From Candidatus Eiseniibacteriota bacterium (GTDB taxonomy: Bacteria > Eisenbacteria > RBG-16-71-46): a DNA stretch of 64,000 nt. Positions 27,188 to 35,336 of the stretch are shown here, piece by piece. The stretch is taken from contig CAVZLN010000003.1 of assembly GCA_963776245.1 (NCBI GenBank), forward strand, positions 544,001 to 608,000, written 5' to 3'. The notes under the pieces were generated by a model. The model saw only the letters and a list, made by a program, of their open reading frames with translations, ran no database searches and had not been told where the DNA came from. The position numbers and the translations under genes were made by a program. Each line of letters opens with the position of its first letter. Positions within the stretch are counted from its first letter, which is position 1.

Positions 27188-28252
27188 ATGCCGATCTCCC
27201 GGATCCTCGTGGCCGCGCTCGCCGTGACCGCCGTGCTGGCCGTGGTGTCGCTGCTCGCTCTCGTCGCGCGGGCGGCCCACCGGCGCGACCGCCGCGTGCG
27301 CCGGCTCGAAGCCCGGGCGTTCCGCGACGCGTGCGCGCGCTTCGCGCGGGACGGCCGCGATGCCGTCCCGCTCCGCCGCCTCGCCGCCGCGCTCGACGAG
27401 CGTGCGTTCTGGGGCGCCATCGAGCGCCTGTCCCTCGGGCTCGGCGCCCGCGGCCGCGCGACGCTCGGCGCCGCGCTCGAGCGCAGCCGGCACGTCGCCT
27501 CCGAGCGCCGCGCCCTGCGCGACGACTCCCCGTGGCGGGTCGAGGTCGCCGCCCGCCGGCTCGCGCTGCTGCCCGCCCGGATGCCGCGGCGCGCGCTGCG
27601 GCGCGCGCTGGCGGACGGCACCGGCCTCACCGCGTACGCGGCCGCCCGCGCGCTCGGCCGCGCCGGCGACCGCGCCGCGCTGCGCTGGGTGCTCCAGCAC
27701 CCGCGCCGCTTCGAGCGCCGAGGTCCGCGCGCCTGGACCGCCCTGCTCGCCGGGTTCGGCCGGCGCGCGCTCGCCGATCTCGCCGACGCGCTCGAGCGCT
27801 CGTCGCACGACGCCCCACTCGAACGCGCGCTGGTCGAGACGCTCGGCCTCGGCGCGTTCGGGCCCGCCGGCCCCGCCATCGCGCGCCGCCTCGGCCATCC
27901 CGACCCCGAGGTGCGCGTGGCCGCGGCGCGCGCGCTCGGACGGCTGCGCGCCACCTTTGCCGCCGACGCGCTGCTGGTCGCTCTCGAGGACGACACCTGG
28001 CCGGTGCGCGCGCAGGCCGCCTGGGCGCTCGGCCGCCTCGGCGACGAGCGCGCCGTGCTCCCGCTCGCGGCGCGGCTCTCGGACCGCGCGTGGTGGGTGC
28101 GCCGTCACGCCGCGTACGCGCTCGCGCTGCTCGGCCCGGACGGCCGCGTCGCGTTGCGCGGGGCCGTCGAGTCGTCCACCGACCGCTACGCCCGCGACAT
28201 CGCCGCCGAAGCGCTCGCGGGCGGGTTCCTGCGCGCGATGGGCGAGGACTGA
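27188..28252 (+). CDS. Single-TM HEAT/PBS-lyase-repeat protein
   Basis: N-terminal TM helix; repeats DPEVRVAAARALG, DTWPVRAQAAWALG, AWWVRRHAAYAL. Confidence 0.8.
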   Translation: MPISRILVAALAVTAVLAVVSLLALVARAAHRRDRRVRRLEARAFRDACARFARDGRDAVPLRRLAAALDERAFWGAIERLSLGLGARGRATLGAALERSRHVASERRALRDDSPWRVEVAARRLALLPARMPRRALRRALADGTGLTAYAAARALGRAGDRAALRWVLQHPRRFERRGPRAWTALLAGFGRRALADLADALERSSHDAPLERALVETLGLGAFGPAGPAIARRLGHPDPEVRVAAARALGRLRATFAADALLVALEDDTWPVRAQAAWALGRLGDERAVLPLAARLSDRAWWVRRHAAYALALLGPDGRVALRGAVESSTDRYARDIAAEALAGGFLRAMGED

Positions 28253-28267
28253 GGCGACACCCTCGCG

Positions 28268-28389
28268 GCGATGGCGGCACGAAGCGGCCGAGGCGGGAGT
28301 GGCGGATACCGCGGAGGGGCGATTCCGGCGGAGCGGATTCATCGCCCCGCAGCGGTATCCGCCGCTCCCGCCGCCCCCGCCGCATCGCG
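28268..28389. repeat. Long intergenic inverted repeat (hairpin of about 120 nt)
   Basis: 28292-28312 pairs with 28352-28372 (21 bp, one G-U); inner GGGGCGAT/ATCGCCCC stem; outer imperfect GCGATGGCGGC/GCCGCATCGC stem. Confidence 0.75.
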
Positions 28390-28501
28390 ATCACTCCTAC
28401 ATCGTGCTCATATCCGCCGCGCCCGTCGCCCCCCCCGCACCTGAGCGTCAGTAGTCGAGGGCGCGTTTCGCGCGTCGCCGTGCGCGCCCTACACTGCGCG
28501 C

Positions 28502-29491
28502 ATGGCTCCCGACCCCCGCCGCCGACCCGCGCCGCGCCCGCGCGCCTCGCAGTACATCCGCGAGCGCGCCGGGCTCGAGGGCAGCGCCGCCACGCGCGTG
28601 AAGCGGGCGCTGGCCGAGCGCGGACTGTCCCCCCGCAAGCGCTTCGGACAGAACTTCCTCGTCCAGGACGAACTGTGCGAGCGCATCGTCCAGCACTGTC
28701 ACCTGCACGACGACGACATCGCGGTCGAGATCGGGCCGGGCGCCGGCGCCATCACGCTGCGCATCGCGCAGCGGGTGCGCCGGCTGATCGCGGTCGAGAA
28801 GGACGCCGGGCTCGCGGCGCTGCTGCGCGAGGAGCACGCCGAGCATCCGCGCCTCGAGATCGTGGAGGGCGACTTCCTCGAGTTCGACCTCGCCGCGCTC
28901 GCGGCGCGCGAGGGCGTGGACAAGCTGGTGGTGGTGGGCAATATCCCGTACAACGTGACCACCCCCATCCTCGAGCGCCTGTTCGACCAGCGGGCCGTGG
29001 TGCGCAGCGCCGTGCTGCTGGTGCAGAAGGAGTACGCCGAGCGCCTCGCCGCCGCCGCCGGGACCCCGGAGTACGGCTCGCTCACGCTGTTCGCCCGCTA
29101 TCACGCCCTGCTCGAGCCCCTGATGACCGTGCGCGCCTCCGCGTTCTGGCCGCGGCCGGCGGTGGACAGCATGCTGGTGCGGTTCTTCCTCCGCGAACAA
29201 CCGCCGGTCGACGCTCCCGAGGCGCTGCTGTTCCGTCTCATCCGCGGCTCGTTCCAGATGCGCCGCAAGATGCTCGCGAACACCGTCGAGGAGGCCCTCG
29301 GCGCTTCGCGCGAGCTGGTCGAGGGCCTCGGGCGCCAGGCCGGCATCGACATGCGGCGACGGGGCGAGACCCTGACGCTCGACGAGTTCGCACGCCTGGC
29401 GCGGGCCGCGGCCGCCCGCGGCGCGGGCCCCATGGCCGCGCCGGGGCCGCCGCTCGAGGCCCGGGGAGACGACGATGACCTCGCCCCCTGA
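28502..29491 (+). CDS. rsmA: 16S rRNA adenine dimethyltransferase RsmA/KsgA
   Basis: KRFGQNFL, VEIGPG.G, VEKD, VGNIPYNVTTP, QKE, F.PRPAVDS, RRKML. Confidence 0.96.
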   Translation: MAPDPRRRPAPRPRASQYIRERAGLEGSAATRVKRALAERGLSPRKRFGQNFLVQDELCERIVQHCHLHDDDIAVEIGPGAGAITLRIAQRVRRLIAVEKDAGLAALLREEHAEHPRLEIVEGDFLEFDLAALAAREGVDKLVVVGNIPYNVTTPILERLFDQRAVVRSAVLLVQKEYAERLAAAAGTPEYGSLTLFARYHALLEPLMTVRASAFWPRPAVDSMLVRFFLREQPPVDAPEALLFRLIRGSFQMRRKMLANTVEEALGASRELVEGLGRQAGIDMRRRGETLTLDEFARLARAAAARGAGPMAAPGPPLEARGDDDDLAP

Positions 29492-30443
29492 TCTGCACGT
29501 CGTGCTCGGCACCGGTCCGCTCGGTCGCGCGGTGGCGGAGGAGGCGCTGCGCCACGGGCTGCGCGTGCGCCTGGTGAGCCGCAGTGGCCGCATGGCAGCA
29601 CCCCCGGCGGGCGCCGACGTGCGCGCCGCGGACCTCACCGACGCGGCCGCCGGCGGAGCGGCCTGCGCGGGCGCCGCGGTGGTGTACCTGTGCGCGAACG
29701 TGCCGTACACCGACTGGATCGAGCGCTGGCCCCCGCTCGCGGAGGGCGTGCTCGCGGCGGCCACGGCGGCGGGCGCCCGGCTGGTGTATGGCGACAACCT
29801 CTACATGTACGGCCCGGTCGCGGGCCCGCTGCGCGAGGATCTGCCGTATGCCGCGACCGCGCGCAAGGGCCGGGTGCGCGCGGCCATCGCCGCGCGGCTC
29901 CTCGAGGCGCACCGCGCCGGCACCGTGCGCGTCGCCCTCGGGCGCGCCTCGGACTTCTACGGTCCGTGGGCCACCGAGGGCAGCGCGCTCGGCGTGCGCG
30001 TCATCCCGCAGGCGCTCGCCGGCCAGGCGGGCCAGGTGCTCGGGGACGTGGATCAGCCGCACACCTTCACGTTCATCCGGGACTACGCGCGGGGGCTGAT
30101 CACGCTCGGCCTGCGCGACGAGGCGCTGGGGCGCGCCTGGCACGTGCCGAGCGCGGCCACCACGACGCAGCGGGCGCTCCTGCAGCTGGTGTGGGAGGAG
30201 TGCGGCCAGACCGGCCCCGCGCGCTTCCGCGCGGCACCCGGCTGGATGGTGGGCGCGATGGGCTGGTTCATGCCCCTCATGCGCGAGCTGGCCGAGATGA
30301 TGTACGAGTGGGAGCGCCCCTACGTGGTGGACCACTCGGCGTACGCGAAGGTGTTCGGCGACGCCACCACGCCCCACCGCGAAGCGCTCGCGGAGACCGT
30401 GGCGTGGTTCAGGTCGCGGAGCGGGAGCCGCCCGGGCAGCTGA
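29475..30443 (+). CDS. NAD-dependent epimerase/dehydratase (atypical SDR)
   Basis: VLGTGPLG, DNLYMYG, KGRVR, ASDFYGP. Confidence 0.88.
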   Translation: MTSPPDLHVVLGTGPLGRAVAEEALRHGLRVRLVSRSGRMAAPPAGADVRAADLTDAAAGGAACAGAAVVYLCANVPYTDWIERWPPLAEGVLAAATAAGARLVYGDNLYMYGPVAGPLREDLPYAATARKGRVRAAIAARLLEAHRAGTVRVALGRASDFYGPWATEGSALGVRVIPQALAGQAGQVLGDVDQPHTFTFIRDYARGLITLGLRDEALGRAWHVPSAATTTQRALLQLVWEECGQTGPARFRAAPGWMVGAMGWFMPLMRELAEMMYEWERPYVVDHSAYAKVFGDATTPHREALAETVAWFRSRSGSRPGS

Positions 30444-30598
30444 ACGACCACCCGGATCCCCCGTCGCCGGGCGCGGGACCGCCGCCCCGCCCGCCCCGGA
30501 CGCGGTGGCAGGCCGCGGCGCCGTGGCGGCACCCCGTGCCCGCGGCCCGGCCGCTCGACCGGGCCGTCCGCCCTTGCGCGCGGGACCCGCGCCGCGCG

Positions 30599-31311
30599 TC
30601 AGCCCTGGGACTCGGCCGCCGGCTCCACGAACTTGTAGCCCACCTTGTGCACCGCGACGATGAACGGCGTCTCGAAGCCCGCGCCGAGCTTGCTGCGCAG
30701 GTTCGAGACGTGCGTGTCCACGGTGCGGGTCGTGACGCCGAGCTCCTCGTCGACGCCCCAGATCTCCTCGAGCAGCTCCTCGCGACTCACGGTGCGGCCG
30801 CGGTGCTCGATCAGGTACTTGAGCAGCTCGAACTCCTTGTACGAGAGCGCCACCTGCTTGCCGTCTTGTACACCTCGCGCGGCTCGAAGCGCACCTCGAC
30901 GTCGCCGAACTTGTAGATGGTCGGCCCGGGCGCCGGCGCGCCGCTGGGGCCGCGCTGGATCAGCCGCCGCACGCGCGCGATCAGCTCCTTGATGCCGAAC
31001 GGCTTGGTGACGTAGTCGTCCGCGCCGAGGTCGAAGCCCTTGAGCACGTCGGCTTCGAAGTTGCGCGCGGTCATCACCAGCACCGGGATGTCGCGGTGGC
31101 GCTGGCGCAGCTCCTTGAGCACCGTGAAGCCGTCCTTCTCCGGCAGCATGATGTCGAGGAGCACGCAGTCCGGCTTCTGCTTGAGGGCGAGCTTGAGGCC
31201 TTCCTGGCCGTTCTTCGCCGTCAGCACCTCGTAGCCCTCGAACCGGAAGTTATGGGCGAGCCCGTCGAGCAGCCCTTCCTCGTCTTCGACGATCAGCACC
31301 TTCTGACTCAT
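30599..31311 (-). CDS. OmpR/PhoB-family response regulator, split by an apparent 1-nt deletion near 30865
   Basis: Receiver domain VEDE, LLDIMLP, GADDYVTKPF in 30811..31311; wHTH LSYKEFELL, SREELL..IWG, TRTVDTHV.NLRSKL, VGYKF in 30599..30853; one added base restores YK(D/N)GKQVALS. Confidence 0.85.
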
Positions 31312-31335
31312 GGTCGTCCCTCTTCCCCTTGTCTC

Positions 31336-32895
31336 TCAGGTCCCGGTCTGGCGCCGGGGCTCCGGGTGCGCGAGCGCCGCATCCGCGGCGACCGGCAACA
31401 CCAGGGTGAACGTGCTGCCCTCGCCGGGCTCGCTCGCCAGTTCGACCCGCCCCGCGTGGGCGCGGACGATCTGATCCACCAGCGAGAGGCCCAGCCCGGC
31501 TCCCTTCACATCATGCACCAGTCCGGCCTCGACGCGGACGAACTTCTCGAACACCCGCTTCTGGTCCTCGGCGGCGATGCCGATGCCGCGGTCCGCCACG
31601 GACAGCCGCACGGTCGCGCCGTCCTGCGCCCCGCTGACGCGTATCTCCTTGTGGGCGCGCGAGTACTTGATGGCGTTGTCGAGCAGGTTGAGCAGGCAGT
31701 GCGACAGCGCGCGGGCGTCGCCGCTCGCCGCCGGCAGGTTCGCCGGCACGTCGACCTGGACCCGGAACCCGAGCTCGTCGAAGCGGGGCATCAGGCTCTC
31801 GACGGTCTCGTGCACCACGGCCGAGAGGTCCACCGGGCGGAGACGGAACGCGTGCTTGCCCGCCTCGAGGCGCGCGAAGTCGAGGATGTTGTCCACCAGC
31901 TGGGCGAGCCGCTGGGTCTCGCGCCGGATGCTGCGCAGGAACTTCGCGCTCTCCTCGGGATTCCGCACCCGCTGCATGTCGAGCGTCTCGGCCGCGAGCT
32001 GGATGAGCGCGATCGGCGTCTTGAGCTCGTGCGTCACGTTGGCGAGGAACGACGACTTGAGCTGCGCCAGCTCGAGCTGGCGGATGGTGTAGCGCAGCCC
32101 GAACACCGTCGCCACCACGATCAGCCCCGCGAGCAGCAGCACGAAGAACATCTCGATCGCGACGAAGCGGCCGGCCCACACCACGGGGGTGTCCGCGGTC
32201 GCCGACACGCGCACCGTATAGCCCTCGAACGGCCCGGTGAGCGTCACCGGCCGCGCCGTGTCGGTGTGGCCGGGCGAGCGCACGCGCGCCACCTCGCCGC
32301 CCGCGCCGTCGAACAGCTGCACGCTCACGCCGCGCGTGGACTCGATGCCGCCGTACATGCGCGGGTCCTGGTTGACGCGCTCCTCGACCACCGCCTGCAG
32401 GTGTTCGCGCAGGAAGTGATCGGGCGCGATCCACCAGCCGCCCGCGCCGATGAACTCCCCGTCCGCCCCGCGCATGAGCAGGCCGACGAACCAGTGGCGC
32501 CCGTGCTCGCCCTTGCCCGCGGAGAACAGCAGCGGCTGCGCCTGGACCAGCAGGAGCGCGTAATCATTGAGCTGGTCGAGCGGGACGAAGTGCGGGCTCG
32601 AGAACTCGGGATCGTCGGTGGTGAGCGCCCGCAGCACCCCGGCGAGACCGGCGCCGTTGCGCGCGGCGTTCTCGGCCGGCGCGATGGCGCGCCGCATGTG
32701 GGCGAGCAGCTCCTCCTCGAACCCCTGCGCCACCTGCGCCGCCACGTACGTGTTGTAGCGCGCGCTCTGCACGCTCACCGCCGCGGTGATGCGCATGCTG
32801 AGGTAGATGGCCAGGCCCGCGAGCACGAGCGCGGGCAGAGCCACGCCCAGTCCGATGATGCGCAGGACGCGCTGGGAGAAGCGGGAGACGGCCAT
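31336..32895 (-). CDS. Membrane sensor histidine kinase (HisKA/HATPase, two TM)
   Basis: FLANVTHELKTP, NLLDNAIKY, DRGIGI, GAGLGL, GEGSTF. Confidence 0.95.
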   Translation of the reverse strand: MAVSRFSQRVLRIIGLGVALPALVLAGLAIYLSMRITAAVSVQSARYNTYVAAQVAQGFEEELLAHMRRAIAPAENAARNGAGLAGVLRALTTDDPEFSSPHFVPLDQLNDYALLLVQAQPLLFSAGKGEHGRHWFVGLLMRGADGEFIGAGGWWIAPDHFLREHLQAVVEERVNQDPRMYGGIESTRGVSVQLFDGAGGEVARVRSPGHTDTARPVTLTGPFEGYTVRVSATADTPVVWAGRFVAIEMFFVLLLAGLIVVATVFGLRYTIRQLELAQLKSSFLANVTHELKTPIALIQLAAETLDMQRVRNPEESAKFLRSIRRETQRLAQLVDNILDFARLEAGKHAFRLRPVDLSAVVHETVESLMPRFDELGFRVQVDVPANLPAASGDARALSHCLLNLLDNAIKYSRAHKEIRVSGAQDGATVRLSVADRGIGIAAEDQKRVFEKFVRVEAGLVHDVKGAGLGLSLVDQIVRAHAGRVELASEPGEGSTFTLVLPVAADAALAHPEPRRQTGT

Positions 32896-32932
32896 GCGGG
32901 GCGAGCCTAACAGGGTGGGAAGGGTATGAGTA

Positions 32933-32960
32933 GGGGCCGGTCCCCGGGAGGGCCGGCCCC
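32933..32960 (-). terminator. Terminator-like hairpin after the Cys-rich protein gene
   Basis: GGGGCCGGTCC/GGGCCGGCCCC stem about 20 nt past the stop at 32979. Confidence 0.55.
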
Positions 32961-32978
32961 GTTCCGCGGAGGCCGCGA

Positions 32979-33779
32979 TCAGCTCTTGGTGTTCGCGCGG
33001 GCCACGCCGCTCTGCACGCCGGCCATCGCGTAGAGCCGGGCGACGACGCGCGAATCATTCGAGGTCACGAGCGTCAGGCAGCCGCTCTCGATGTTCACGA
33101 CCTCGCGGGTGAGCTTCCCGCTCGCCACCGCGCCGCGCATCTCACGGCAGTCGGTGCACAGCCGGGACTTGTCGCCCGCGGTGCCCATCGCCGCGACGCG
33201 CTCGGTGTGACGCGCGACCGCCGCCTGCACCGCGCGCACCTTCGCCGACGACTCGGCCGAGTAGACGTACATCAGCCCGTTCTTGAGCGGCACGATCTGC
33301 ACCTTGCCGCCGGCCTCCGCGATGTCGGCCGCGCACGACATCATGTCGGTGCAGGCGTCGCAGTCCATCGCCGCCGCGCTCGCGCCCCCGTGGGCGCCGC
33401 ACGCCGGGCCGCCCGTGGGCGCCGCGCTCATGGCCCCCGACGCCTTGGCGCCCTTGGCGCCCTTCGAGCAGCATCCGGCCGCCGCCGCGCTCGCCTTGGC
33501 CCCGTGCATCCCGCAGTCGGTGGAGGCGGTGGTGGCAGCCGTGCCGTGCATGGGGCATCCCGCCGCGCCCGTCGCGGCCGTACCGGACCCCTTCGCGCCG
33601 CACGCGGCAGCCATCTCGGGAGTGCACCGGGCGGCCATCTCGGCCGAGCACGTCGCGGGCGTCGCGGCGAGGGAGGCGGCCGCACTCTTGCTCGCCTTGT
33701 TGCCCGCGAGCGCCAGCGCCGCCGTACCCACCACGACGATCACGGTGAGCCCGGTCCAGATGAGTCGAGCATGCTTCAT
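32979..33779 (-). CDS. Exported Cys/Met/His-rich hypothetical protein (possible metal binder)
   Basis: GGAGGT RBS, signal peptide, CPMH/CGMH/CGAH, CC, CDAC and CTDC motifs. Confidence 0.75.
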   Translation of the reverse strand: MKHARLIWTGLTVIVVVGTAALALAGNKASKSAAASLAATPATCSAEMAARCTPEMAAACGAKGSGTAATGAAGCPMHGTAATTASTDCGMHGAKASAAAAGCCSKGAKGAKASGAMSAAPTGGPACGAHGGASAAAMDCDACTDMMSCAADIAEAGGKVQIVPLKNGLMYVYSAESSAKVRAVQAAVARHTERVAAMGTAGDKSRLCTDCREMRGAVASGKLTREVVNIESGCLTLVTSNDSRVVARLYAMAGVQSGVARANTKS

Positions 33780-34064
33780 GTCGCACCTCCAGGGGCGTGG
33801 TGTCCGGCGCCCGGGGTGGACGCCGCGGCTAGGAAGAGTATCGGTGCAGCGGGAAAGAGCCTGTCATCCGCCCGTGTCCTGAGTGTCACGGATGGGCAAA
33901 AAGGGCCGGTGGAGCGGGGTTCCCACACCCCGATCGGGCCGTCCGCCGGCGGCCGCCGGGGTCGATCGGCCGGGGCCGGCGCCGGTCCTCGCATCCGCCG
34001 GGCGAGCGATCCGCACGTCATGCTGGACGCCCGGGTGCCCGAGGGGACATCCCGCCTCCATCCG

Positions 34065-34093
34065 TTGACGAATGCCGCCCTCGCACCTAACGT
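34065..34093 (+). promoter_or_regulatory. sigma70 promoter TTGACG-N17-TAACGT
   Basis: Near-consensus hexamers with a 17-nt spacer, 22 nt upstream of ATG 34116. Confidence 0.65.
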
Positions 34094-34115
34094 GCGGCGC
34101 GCTCCCACGCCCATC

Positions 34116-35309
34116 ATGCCCCGACGCCGATCCCAGAAGCCCATCGCCCTCGTGCGCGTCCTGCCCATTCTGGCAGGGCTCGCCGCGCTGTCGTTCCTGG
34201 GCGGTGAGGCGTGGCGTCTCGCCCGTGCCGACACCGGACGACTGTGGTGCGCGAGGTACCTCGGCTGGGGCGAGCCCGCCCGCATCACCCAGCTGATCGG
34301 CCGCCGGGTGCGCGAGGGCCTCGAGTCGGCCGGGGTGCCGCGGGACAGCGTGCACGAGAGCATCGTGGCCGCGGGGCGCGCCGGCGTGCGGTGGCGCGTC
34401 GGTATGCCTCCGGCGGAATCCGCGACGCAGGCCAACTACGCCATCACCCGCGCGGTGCAGCAGGGCGGCGGCGAGGTGCTGACGGGGCGCGAGAGCGTGG
34501 GCCCGGACGGCGAGTCCCTGGTCACGCTGCTGGTCGGACTTCCGCGGCGCGCGACGCACGAGGTGGTGCTGGTGCGCGCCGCGCTCCCGCGGTCGGACGC
34601 GGACACGCCGGTCCCGCGCGGGCCCGCCCGGATGGCGCTCGTGCTGTTCGGGTTCGGCGACGACCCCGAGCACGCCGCGGAGTGCTTCCGGCTCCCGCAG
34701 CCGTTCGCCGTGGCGCTGGTGCCGGGCGCCCCCTCGAGCAACGGGCTGTTCCGCGCCGCGCGCGACGCGCAGCGCGAGGTGGTGCTCCACCTGCCCCTCG
34801 AACCCGTGAACTACCCGCAGGTGAACCCGGGTCCGGGCGCCATCCTGGTCACCATGGAGCCCGCGAGGATCACCGGCATGGTGCGCCGCTACCTCGACAC
34901 CGCGGGGCCGGTGAGCGCGGTCGCCAACCACATGGGCTCGCTCGCCACCCAGGACATGCAGGTGATGACCGCGGTCTACCGCGAGCTGCGCCGGCGCGGC
35001 GTGCCGTTCCTGCACGTCCAGCCCGCCGCGGGCGCGGTGTGCCGCACACTCGCCTCCGGGCAGGGCGTGGTGTACGGGGAGCCGGACGCCGTCATCGACC
35101 GCGAGACGCGCGCGCCGGACCTCCGGGACCTCGACGGGCGATGGAAGGCCACGCTCGCGCACGCGCGCGAGCGCGGCCGCATGATCGTGTTCGTGCGCGC
35201 CACGCCCACGACGCGTCGCTGGCTCGCCGGGGCGCTCTCGCCCAAACGGCTCGACGGCGTGAGCGTGGTGCCGCTCGCGTCGCTGCTCAAGAAGGGCGCG
35301 GTGCAGTAG
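34116..35309 (+). CDS. Divergent polysaccharide deacetylase family (YibQ-like) protein, membrane-anchored, degenerate motifs
   Basis: EVVLHLPLEP..YP...PG, ANHMGS; N-terminal TM helix. Confidence 0.8.
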   Translation: MPRRRSQKPIALVRVLPILAGLAALSFLGGEAWRLARADTGRLWCARYLGWGEPARITQLIGRRVREGLESAGVPRDSVHESIVAAGRAGVRWRVGMPPAESATQANYAITRAVQQGGGEVLTGRESVGPDGESLVTLLVGLPRRATHEVVLVRAALPRSDADTPVPRGPARMALVLFGFGDDPEHAAECFRLPQPFAVALVPGAPSSNGLFRAARDAQREVVLHLPLEPVNYPQVNPGPGAILVTMEPARITGMVRRYLDTAGPVSAVANHMGSLATQDMQVMTAVYRELRRRGVPFLHVQPAAGAVCRTLASGQGVVYGEPDAVIDRETRAPDLRDLDGRWKATLAHARERGRMIVFVRATPTTRRWLAGALSPKRLDGVSVVPLASLLKKGAVQ

Positions 35310-35336
35310 CGCGCGGCCGTGCTATCTTGCTCGCGC

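Noticed and set aside
28268..28389. Hairpin as SRP (4.5S) RNA, 6S RNA or tRNA
   Set aside because: No SRP domain IV motif (CAGG...GGAA...AGCAG), no large central bubble, no cloverleaf or T-loop on either strand
27627..28394. Minus-strand ORF preceded by AGGAG
   Set aside because: Antisense to the HEAT gene, Arg-rich nonsense translation, and it runs through the hairpin
32979..33779. Multiheme cytochrome c
   Set aside because: Has CxxH and CxxC but no CxxCH heme-attachment motif
33837..33867. MerR/CueR-type promoter (ATGACA-N19-GATACT, minus strand)
   Set aside because: 19-nt spacing fits, but there is no dyad symmetry in the spacer and the hexamers are weak
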